Source: a virus | Taxonomy: Duplodnaviria > Caudoviricetes | DNA: 32,806 nt | Strand: one strand, 5' to 3' | IMG/VR virus record: IMGVR_UViG_3300031965_000107 | Span: 1-32,806 of that record | Shown here: piece after piece, positions 25,260 to 32,806 of the stretch | Numbering within the stretch: the first letter of the stretch is position 1 | Layout of the letters: each line of letters starts with the position of its first letter | The notes under the pieces: model-generated | What the model was told of the DNA's origin: nothing | The model's input: the letters and a program-made list of their open reading frames with translations, nothing else | The model's database searches: none | Made by a program: the position numbers and the translations under genes

Positions 25260-28200
25260 TGGCGCGAATACAAATGGGATCGGGCGGGCCATCAACGGGC
25301 TATCCGCGGTTGACCTTTGCTGGGAACTGTGATGCCGAGATCAACGGCGGAGTGACGTCGAAAGTCTCGCTTGGCCGGCTCCGCGGCGGGATGGCCGCCT
25401 CGATCTCCAAGATGGATAGCGGAGACTCGGCTGTTTACTCATGGACCCTCTCGCCGTTCACGGACACGATCTATCTCCGCTGCTACGTTCGTGTCCGCGG
25501 CGAGTATCCGTCCGCCGGCGGTTCGACGTTCCTCGGCGTCAAGAACAGTATTGAGGGCAGCGACGCCGGGTGCTTCTACATCGAGTCGGACGGCACGATT
25601 TACGGCATCAGTCAAGGCAACGCCGGATCGAGCACGGAAATGGGCCACACGACGGCTGGTCTCACCTTGGGCCAGTGGCATCGAGTCAACATCCAGGTCA
25701 ACATGGATTCGCGCGTGGCGCTGACCATTGACGGCGCCGCCTACCCGGCCGACGATACGGATGGCCCGACAGGGTTCGTGGCAACGAGCGGCGGGCGGCT
25801 CTCCGGCGTCACGACCGGCTTCGGGTACGCGACGGCGACCGTGTCGCAGCTTGGCATCCACAAAGTCGCTGGCACGTTTCACCCGATGAACGGCGGGCAG
25901 ATCGACATCACCGATCTTGTAGTCGACGGCGCTTCAGACCCCGACGCCGGCGCGGTGTCACTCTTGCACATCAGCGGCCAGGGCACCTACGCAGAGTGGA
26001 CCGACGGGGCGGCGTGGGAGCGCGTTATCAGGGCACAGCCAGAGGTCGACGGGACAGCGGCGCCGACTGCGCTGCTCAACACGATCCTCGACGCGAAAAC
26101 CTCGTTCACGGTCGAGCCGTTCACGAACCGCATGCCCGCCGGCGCGACCATCAAGTCGATCCGTGTGTGCGCCCGCGGTGGTATGCCGCGCGCCGACTGG
26201 AAGTGGTTGCTGCGCAAGAGTGCCGCGGACACGGAGAGCCCCTTGCAGGCGGCGCAAGGGACAAACGCCCAATGGAAGGGTATTAGTGGGCTGACGAACG
26301 GGTGGGATCCGGACATCGCGCTGACGCCGGCCGACTCGATCGAAATTGGCTTGATTGACGGTCCATCTGGGGCGGGCACCGCCACGCTTACCATCATGTG
26401 TCTCGTCGTGGACTGGGAGGGCGCGGACCCGACCTATTCGTCGGAGAACGAGGACATCGAGATCGCAACCGGGACCTATGTCGGCAACGCAACCCAGCAG
26501 GATGTATCGGTCGGCTTCAAGGCGACGTTTCTCGTCGTCAAGCCCATCTCGGCCAACAACCGCGGTGCCATCTGGCACCGTGGCATGGGCGAGGACGGCG
26601 AGTGGTCGATGCACGGGCAGAACAACGGGGCCAACGTGGCCTGCTTTCAGCGGGTCTACGCCACCGGGTTCACCGTTAAAGGTGCGTCCGGGTCCAACCC
26701 GGGCATCAACGACAGCGGCGTGACCTATGGGTGGATCGCCGTGAAGGACAACGCGCAACGCATGATCGCGACCACGTCGCGCTGTATCAACCCCGGTGCC
26801 AATGCCCTCGACGATTACGACTGGGACCTGCCCGACTCAGGCTTCATCCCCGAGGCGGCGATCCTCTCTGGGCAGCGCGTCATCACGTCTGGGAGCAATC
26901 GCATCGTCTATCGCGGTCCCGACCATGCTGGCGATAGTTCCACGGCGCTCGACACGGTTAACGCTGCCGCGGCGGATTATATTCAGTCGATGGGCACCGG
27001 CACCATCCAGCTCGGGAGCGGGTCCGTTGGCAATCTGTCGCCTGACGATCGGCACGCGCTCGCCGTGTTCCGCACGACCGAGTTCACGCAAGAGACGCTG
27101 CTCGTGATGGGCCGCTACACCGGCGACGGCTCCGGGAGCCGCGTCATCCCGTTCACGGTGATCGCAGACCCGGCCCTGCTCATTGTCGTTCCGACGAACA
27201 CCGCGGCCCGTGTGTATCGCTTCTACAATGATGGGCAGGGTACGACGAGCCGGTACTGGAACTCTTCGTCGAGTGACACGACCAGCATCACAGCTTTCGC
27301 CACGCCGAACGAGTTCACGGTCGATTCGGCGCTAAACGCTAATGCTGTTGACTACGACTTCATCGTGTTCGGCTCCGGCACCGATCTTGCCGTGCTCTCG
27401 GAGATCGCCGTGCCGCGCGAGGGCTTCATCGGCTTGACGTGGGTTGAGTTCTTCGACGCGACCGACGCGGTCCACGTCTGGGGCAAGGTCGTGCTTCCGG
27501 ATCCGGACAACTACTATCACGGGTTTAAGGATGACCGCATCGAGAAGTGGGGTTCGATACGCCGGGGTCTGTCAGACCGCCTTGGTCATTACGACAGTGC
27601 CACATTCTCATGGACAGCCAACGATAAGGATCGCGCGATCCGCGCACTGCTCGCTCATCCCGAGACGAAGTTCTTCCCCGGCGCGCCCGTGACCGTGCGG
27701 ATGATCGACGACCCGAGCCGCCGCCAGCTCTTGACGCCGAGGACGATGTTTAAAGGCGTGGTGGATGGCTACAAGCCGCTAGCCGACCTGTTCTTCGACT
27801 TCAGGGCCATTGACCCGATTTCGAAGCGGTTTTCGCTCCAGGACGGCCTCACGCTCCCCCAGCAGCGCGTTGACCTGGCGGACTTTCCGCAGGCCGACGA
27901 CAAGCTGCTCCACCAGTCCGCCGGGACGGACAGTACCATCGGAGCGGTCGGCAGGGGCGTGCCGATCATCTACGGCGAAATGAGCGATGAGGATCTCGTT
28001 ACGTTCGTCATCCCGATCGCCCGACCCGACGTAGACTCGGACCCCGACTTCAAGCAGCCGGCCCAACACGCTAACGACATCTCCGGTGCGGGCACGCTTG
28101 ACGGCTGGATCCTCGGCTACGTGCTTCCCTACGACAGCGGCACGAACACGCTGGGCCGCATCATCGCGCTGTCCGCCGGGACCTTCGACAACGACCGCGC

Positions 28201-29761
28201 CGTGTCATTCCGATGGGAGACGGGGCACGCGCGGACCACGGCCTATTGGCTGTTCGCTGCGGACGCGGGCGACTTTAACCCGTTCGGCTCGAAGGGCTCG
28301 GCCACGTTCGTACGGCGCAAGATTCACAATCTCGTGGAGGACCATCCGGGCACCGACCGCCCGTTCCAGGAGATATTTACCGGTCCGGCCGATGGCGACG
28401 ACTGGATCGATATCTCACTCGGCACGACGACCGTGATCGAGGATCGCGGCAAGGGCCAAGTCAAACCCATTTACGTCGGTGACTACACGATCGGCGGTGT
28501 CGTCTACAAGGGCGCGCTCATCTGTGGGCACGCCGTCAAGCGCTTGGTGGCGGGCTACATGAATGACAAGCGCGTGGATCTCTCGACGGACACGGATTGG
28601 CTGACGCCGAATCGCGCGGCGGCCTGGGCCGCGGCTGGCTTTACGACGTCATACACGGACATCAATGGCCGACGCTACACGATCGTCTACTTGACAGGGA
28701 CACCCGGGGAGATCCTTGCCGGGACGGTCGCGCCGGCCGCCGGCTCACCTGGAATCATGTTCAACGTCGATGGTGTCGAGGATGTGGGGGATGGGACCGG
28801 CGCGCTCATCACTGACGGGTTAGATCAATACAAACATTTCATGAAGAACTTCGTGTTGGCGTCTTACCAAGGCGGCGACTGGCCGGCGGCTGCGCCGGTT
28901 TTCGACGACGATGCGGAGCTGGCGATGATCGATGAGGCCAGCTTCGACGCGGCGAAGATGACGGCCACGACCCGCCTCTCCGGCGGCTACCCAGGCGCCT
29001 GGATCATCGGCGCGAATGGCGAGCGCCGGGTCGTGCGCGACGTGCTCGCGAGGCTCAATACATCCTTCGACGTGGACTGTTATTTCAACCGGAAGACTCA
29101 GTTTGCGGTCTCGATGGAAGCAGAGAACATCGCGTCAATCAACGATGCGACGATTCTCGACGATACGCTTGATATTTTCGCCCGGACATTTTCAGTGGAG
29201 GACCGCCTGAACGAACATTACAACGTGATGCCGTTCTTCTATGCGCACGACTACTCCGCGCACGCGCCGGACGGTTGGTCCTCGAAGGGCGAGTACTCGG
29301 ACGCCTCGTCCATTGAAAATTATCGTCAGACGAAGCGGTCGCCGGATATTTTCCTCTGGTGTGTCCGGGACCAGGCCGTTGCCGAGGACGTGGCACAGCG
29401 TCGGCTGCGGCGGACGAAGAACCCGCCGCGCTATGTGAGGTGGACGGTCGGTCTCCAGGGGCTGAATCACGAGATCGGCGACATCGTTAGGCTCACGCAC
29501 CACGAGGGCGTGGGTGCGGCCGGCTGGTCGACCAACCCGGTCCGCATCACGAGGCATGAGGTCGATCCCGACGAGTATACGGTCACCATCGAGGGCTACG
29601 ATTTATCGCTACTCTTTACGACGGCCTTCATCCTTGGCGACCGTGACGTGCTCCCGAACCTGTGGACCGCCGCGAGCGTGCTCCAGAGGCAATATGGCTA
29701 CTTGGCTGACCGCGCGACCGGGCTGTTCTCTGATGACGCAAACGGGAAGAGGTTGATCTAA
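25259..29761 (+). CDS. Large multidomain tail tip/hub protein with N-terminal putative binding domains
   Basis: 1500 aa; C-terminal half has VPIIYG and HEIGDIVRLTH hub-like motifs; N-terminal half has lectin-like beta segments and about three repeats of a YxGxG..GF/P..N domain. Confidence 0.75.
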   Translation: MARIQMGSGGPSTGYPRLTFAGNCDAEINGGVTSKVSLGRLRGGMAASISKMDSGDSAVYSWTLSPFTDTIYLRCYVRVRGEYPSAGGSTFLGVKNSIEGSDAGCFYIESDGTIYGISQGNAGSSTEMGHTTAGLTLGQWHRVNIQVNMDSRVALTIDGAAYPADDTDGPTGFVATSGGRLSGVTTGFGYATATVSQLGIHKVAGTFHPMNGGQIDITDLVVDGASDPDAGAVSLLHISGQGTYAEWTDGAAWERVIRAQPEVDGTAAPTALLNTILDAKTSFTVEPFTNRMPAGATIKSIRVCARGGMPRADWKWLLRKSAADTESPLQAAQGTNAQWKGISGLTNGWDPDIALTPADSIEIGLIDGPSGAGTATLTIMCLVVDWEGADPTYSSENEDIEIATGTYVGNATQQDVSVGFKATFLVVKPISANNRGAIWHRGMGEDGEWSMHGQNNGANVACFQRVYATGFTVKGASGSNPGINDSGVTYGWIAVKDNAQRMIATTSRCINPGANALDDYDWDLPDSGFIPEAAILSGQRVITSGSNRIVYRGPDHAGDSSTALDTVNAAAADYIQSMGTGTIQLGSGSVGNLSPDDRHALAVFRTTEFTQETLLVMGRYTGDGSGSRVIPFTVIADPALLIVVPTNTAARVYRFYNDGQGTTSRYWNSSSSDTTSITAFATPNEFTVDSALNANAVDYDFIVFGSGTDLAVLSEIAVPREGFIGLTWVEFFDATDAVHVWGKVVLPDPDNYYHGFKDDRIEKWGSIRRGLSDRLGHYDSATFSWTANDKDRAIRALLAHPETKFFPGAPVTVRMIDDPSRRQLLTPRTMFKGVVDGYKPLADLFFDFRAIDPISKRFSLQDGLTLPQQRVDLADFPQADDKLLHQSAGTDSTIGAVGRGVPIIYGEMSDEDLVTFVIPIARPDVDSDPDFKQPAQHANDISGAGTLDGWILGYVLPYDSGTNTLGRIIALSAGTFDNDRAVSFRWETGHARTTAYWLFAADAGDFNPFGSKGSATFVRRKIHNLVEDHPGTDRPFQEIFTGPADGDDWIDISLGTTTVIEDRGKGQVKPIYVGDYTIGGVVYKGALICGHAVKRLVAGYMNDKRVDLSTDTDWLTPNRAAAWAAAGFTTSYTDINGRRYTIVYLTGTPGEILAGTVAPAAGSPGIMFNVDGVEDVGDGTGALITDGLDQYKHFMKNFVLASYQGGDWPAAAPVFDDDAELAMIDEASFDAAKMTATTRLSGGYPGAWIIGANGERRVVRDVLARLNTSFDVDCYFNRKTQFAVSMEAENIASINDATILDDTLDIFARTFSVEDRLNEHYNVMPFFYAHDYSAHAPDGWSSKGEYSDASSIENYRQTKRSPDIFLWCVRDQAVAEDVAQRRLRRTKNPPRYVRWTVGLQGLNHEIGDIVRLTHHEGVGAAGWSTNPVRITRHEVDPDEYTVTIEGYDLSLLFTTAFILGDRDVLPNLWTAASVLQRQYGYLADRATGLFSDDANGKRLI

Positions 29762-29762
29762 C

Positions 29763-30239
29763 ATGGCCTGGACTGCTCTCGCAACCTTCCTCCTCGATGA
29801 GGTGTTCGGCTACCAGGACGCGAACGAGATCAAGGACAACATTATCGCGCTCGCGAGCGGCCGCATTGGCCGGAGCCTCGGCGGCAGCCGGCAGGTTTCG
29901 GTTCCGATTGTCGCTTCGGCCCAGGATGCGATCGACTATATCGACGTGGAGATAGACGGAACGCTACTCGCGGGCCTGACCGTGCGCGCGCGCGTCGAGG
30001 TCCGTACGGCCGACGCCGGCACGGGTGTGACGCCAAAGATCCGGAACATCACTGACTCGGTCGACGCGGTCACTGGCGTGTCGTCGACTTCTATCACTTG
30101 GGGCGGCGCGGATAGCTATCAGACCCTGACGTTTACGCCGGTGACGGGCATCAAGAAATACCGGCTGATGCTGACGCCGGCGAACACAACCAACCCGGTC
30201 TTCGGGATCGGGGAGATTGAAATTTTCGCTATCGCGTAA
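29763..30239 (+). CDS. Putative minor tail protein
   Basis: MAWT... start, NEIKDNI helix then beta domain; position. Confidence 0.65.
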   Translation: MAWTALATFLLDEVFGYQDANEIKDNIIALASGRIGRSLGGSRQVSVPIVASAQDAIDYIDVEIDGTLLAGLTVRARVEVRTADAGTGVTPKIRNITDSVDAVTGVSSTSITWGGADSYQTLTFTPVTGIKKYRLMLTPANTTNPVFGIGEIEIFAIA

Positions 30240-30257
30240 AACTCAGAGAGAGGCAGA

Positions 30258-31433
30258 ATGAAAGCCATGAAGACGAAGGCGCTGAAAACCGCGGTGCTGG
30301 CACTGGTGCTGCTGGCTGGGGTCAGCGGCACCGCGCGGGCGCAGCGGGCGAACTACGACAGCCTGCTGCTCACGGGCGGACCGTGTCTGGTGCGCAGCGA
30401 CGCGGCAGGCAGTCCGGAAGGCCGCCTGGTCGGCAATCCCTGCGACGTCTTCATCCGCAGCGACGGCGGCGCCGGCACGACCGTCTATCGCAAGGAATCC
30501 GGGGTTGCGACGAACACGGGCTGGGTCGCGATCCCGACGATCCCTGTGCCCGCCACGCAGGGCGGCACGGGCCAGACCGTCTATGCCATCGGCGATCTGC
30601 TGTACGCCGACACGACGACGTCGCTGGCCAAGCTGGCCGGCGTGGCCGCCGGGAGCTACGTGCGCTCGGCTGGCGTGGGGGTCGCGCCGGTGTGGAGCAC
30701 GCTGGTCCTGCCGAACGCGGCGACGGCCAACCAAATTGCCTACGCGAGCGCGACCGACACGGTTGGCTTCACGGCAACGCTACCCACCGGGGTGCAGGAC
30801 AACATCACCAGGCTCGGCACGATCACCTCCGGCATCTGGAACGCGGGGGCGGTGACGAGTAGCGGTGCGATCAGCGGAACAACAGGGACATTCAGCCTGT
30901 CTTCGGCTGGTGGCAACATTGTGTCGATCACCAACACAAACGCTGGAGCTGGATATTCTCAGCTCACAATGGGTTCGCGCGGTGGCGTTGATTTTTACTT
31001 TACCGCGGAAGACGGGATTGTTGACCTGGAGGCTGCGTTAGCGGGTGGCTTGGGCTTAAGGGCGACACACGCCTCCGGCGCGATCCGCTTCTACACGGGC
31101 GGGACGACGAAGAATGTCGAGTTCGAAGCCGACGGTGATGCCTGGTTTATCGCCGACGTGTCGGCTCTGTCGTTCACGGATCGTACACCGTACCCGGTGG
31201 ACCTGGCGACAGCTCGTGCAGCCGTGCTGACGATGCGCCGGCTACCTGACGAAGCCTATCAACCGCTCGACCTAGCGATGCAACTTGATCACGCGACTTT
31301 GCATCCGTCGATTCGGTCAAAGAATGGAATGCGTGATCTGTCGGCTACCGTTTCGTCTCTGATTTGGGTCGCACAAGACTACGACGCGCGGATCGCCGCG
31401 CTAGAAGCCGCCACGAAGGAGAACCGACGATGA
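30258..31433 (+). CDS. Tail fibre-like protein with N-terminal signal-peptide-like segment and possible C-terminal chaperone-like domain
   Basis: GSPEG..RSDGGAGTTVYRKESG..NTGW and QGGTGQT..GDLLYA fibre motifs; C-terminal coiled coil DARIAALEA. Confidence 0.65.
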   Translation: MKAMKTKALKTAVLALVLLAGVSGTARAQRANYDSLLLTGGPCLVRSDAAGSPEGRLVGNPCDVFIRSDGGAGTTVYRKESGVATNTGWVAIPTIPVPATQGGTGQTVYAIGDLLYADTTTSLAKLAGVAAGSYVRSAGVGVAPVWSTLVLPNAATANQIAYASATDTVGFTATLPTGVQDNITRLGTITSGIWNAGAVTSSGAISGTTGTFSLSSAGGNIVSITNTNAGAGYSQLTMGSRGGVDFYFTAEDGIVDLEAALAGGLGLRATHASGAIRFYTGGTTKNVEFEADGDAWFIADVSALSFTDRTPYPVDLATARAAVLTMRRLPDEAYQPLDLAMQLDHATLHPSIRSKNGMRDLSATVSSLIWVAQDYDARIAALEAATKENRR

Positions 31434-32158
31434 GGAAATTGACCGTTTGCTCTGTGCTGGCCGTGCTCGTCCTGCTCGGCTCTCCCGACATTGGCGACGT
31501 GCCGCGCATCGGCAACTGCCGGACGATGCCGAATCAGGCGGCGTGCATGACCGCCAGCGACGACATGCCAACCGCCGACGATCCCATCCGTTTCTATCGC
31601 GGGTCAACCACACCTCTGTTGATTCTTCGACCGGACGGCACCGTGGAGATCCCGCCGACGACAGACCGCGTTCGCTGGACCGGTTGGCCACCGACGACGC
31701 TCCGAGCGCGATTGTGGCCGGATGGGTCCGTTCACGCGCAGGAGAAGGTTACGCTCGCCGGCTTCAGCACGCAGAACTTCAGCGCCGGCGGGACGGGCGA
31801 GCTGGCCCTCGGCGACGCGCAGGAAAAGATCACGCTCGCCGTGCCGGTGTTTACCTCGGCCGGCGCGACGGACTTCCGCGTCTGGGATCTCTACGTGCGC
31901 CGCACGCATCCCGACCGCGAGGCGGAGGTACGGGCTACGTTCCGCGAGGTAGACGGGTCGGGCTTCGTGCCCGGCGGCCGGTCGCTCGAATGCCGCTATG
32001 GGGGTGACGTGGCCGAAACGTTGGTCATCGGGCTGAACAAGGCCAACCTCACCACGAAGTCGCTGGAGCGCCGCGTCACGGAGCGGTGTCAGGTGGACGG
32101 GAAGCTGGGAGCCGGGACGATCTCCGGCGTCCCGCAGGAGGAGGAACCCATCCCATGA
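31430..32158 (+). CDS. Hypothetical protein with N-terminal hydrophobic/signal segment
   Basis: AAGGAG SD, ATGA overlap; MRKLTVCSVLAVLVLLG. Confidence 0.7.
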   Translation: MRKLTVCSVLAVLVLLGSPDIGDVPRIGNCRTMPNQAACMTASDDMPTADDPIRFYRGSTTPLLILRPDGTVEIPPTTDRVRWTGWPPTTLRARLWPDGSVHAQEKVTLAGFSTQNFSAGGTGELALGDAQEKITLAVPVFTSAGATDFRVWDLYVRRTHPDREAEVRATFREVDGSGFVPGGRSLECRYGGDVAETLVIGLNKANLTTKSLERRVTERCQVDGKLGAGTISGVPQEEEPIP

Positions 32159-32634
32159 CCCGACTGCGATTCGCGCTCCCGGCTCTACTCCTGCTGACCA
32201 TGACCCTGGTCGCGCAGGAAAAGCCGCTCACCGTTTCTGATGGCAGCCTAGCGCGTATCTCGCAGGCCGAATGGAACGACTTCCGCTTCGCGGCAGACGT
32301 ACCCGACACCCTACGCGTCTGCACCGACGACGCGATGACGGTCTGCCTCACCCTCGGCGAGATCCGCGCGCTAGCCCACGTCGCCAGCGAGCTCGGCCTG
32401 GCCGACCAGCAGCGCCGCGACGTCCTGAGCTACCAGTCGGTGTACGTCTCGACCCTGGGCGAGCTGGACCAGTGCCGTGGGCAGCTCGGCCCGCTCAGAA
32501 TGCAAGCGAACGCACGGGCCATCGAAGAGCAGGTCGCGGCCTGGATCGCGGACCTGGAGCGGCGGAATCCAGGCTGGATCTACGACCGGCAGACCGGGGC
32601 GCTCGTGCCCAAAGGCGATCCGAAGGAGGAATGA
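32155..32634 (+). CDS. Hypothetical exported/membrane-anchored protein with coiled coil (possibly spanin-like)
   Basis: GGAGGAGG SD; MTRLRFALPALLLLTMTLVAQ; helical C-terminal half. Confidence 0.65.
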   Translation: MTRLRFALPALLLLTMTLVAQEKPLTVSDGSLARISQAEWNDFRFAADVPDTLRVCTDDAMTVCLTLGEIRALAHVASELGLADQQRRDVLSYQSVYVSTLGELDQCRGQLGPLRMQANARAIEEQVAAWIADLERRNPGWIYDRQTGALVPKGDPKEE

Positions 32635-32768
32635 TGTCTTTGTTAAATGCGCTGGCGTGCGTTGATGGCGCCGCGTCGAGGCGTATGCGGATCGAGGCCT
32701 ATCTCGACCTCGTGCTTCGCGTCGGCATCGGCGTCTCTGTGCTGGTCGCCGCATGGCTCGCGCGATGA
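32631..32768 (+). CDS. Small single-TM membrane protein (45 aa)
   Basis: AAGGAGG SD, ATGA overlap; LVLRVGIGVSVLVAAWL. Confidence 0.55.
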   Translation: MMSLLNALACVDGAASRRMRIEAYLDLVLRVGIGVSVLVAAWLAR

Positions 32769-32806
32769 CGTGGGAAGCGGCCAGCTCCATCGCCGTCTGG
32801 ATCGCG
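32765..32806 (+). CDS. 5' end of a hydrophobic ORF running off the window
   Basis: ATGA overlap; MTWEAASSIAVWIA. Confidence 0.45.
   Translation, partial: MTWEAASSIAVWIA

Larger units (their letters stand above)
1..32806 (+). mobile_element. Phage/prophage late region (HK97-type head, siphovirus-type tail)
   Basis: Ordered protease-capsid-connector-closure-terminator-tail tube-chaperone-tape measure-tail tip genes, tightly packed with frequent ATGA/TGATG overlaps. No att site or host genes are visible, so free phage and prophage cannot be distinguished. Confidence 0.95.

Noticed and set aside
30258-32806. Diversity-generating retroelement near the fibre gene
   Set aside because: No reverse transcriptase and no ~100-nt template/variable repeat pair visible in the window.
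32155-32806. Definite lysis cassette (holin/spanin)
   Set aside because: Only hydrophobicity and position support it; no endolysin or clear lipobox is seen, so the genes are left as hypothetical.

Overview
The window is one continuous, almost entirely plus-strand late (morphogenesis) region of a high-GC, long non-contractile-tailed (siphovirus-type) phage or prophage. It runs: accessory genes, an ~8 kb glycan-synthesis cluster, S49 prohead protease, HK97-fold major capsid protein, head accessory proteins, head-tail connector, head closure, tail terminator, two tail-tube paralogs, frameshifted tail chaperones, an HK97 gp10-like protein, tape measure, tail tip proteins, and several signal-peptide-bearing genes at the right edge. 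Terminase, portal, integrase and endolysin are not visible. The main candidate for a novel system is a self-contained, mucin-like virion O-glycosylation system. The enzymes are two glycosyltransferase domains with polypeptide-GalNAc-transferase (GT27-like) motifs, three further GT-A-type domains, UDP-galactopyranose mutase and a SAM methyltransferase. They are gene-overlapped into the structural operon. Three separate genes carry long strict (Ser-X)n tracts of 30+12, 104 and 57 dipeptides, which look like dedicated glycan-acceptor brushes. All family calls come from motif recognition by eye; no searches were run.
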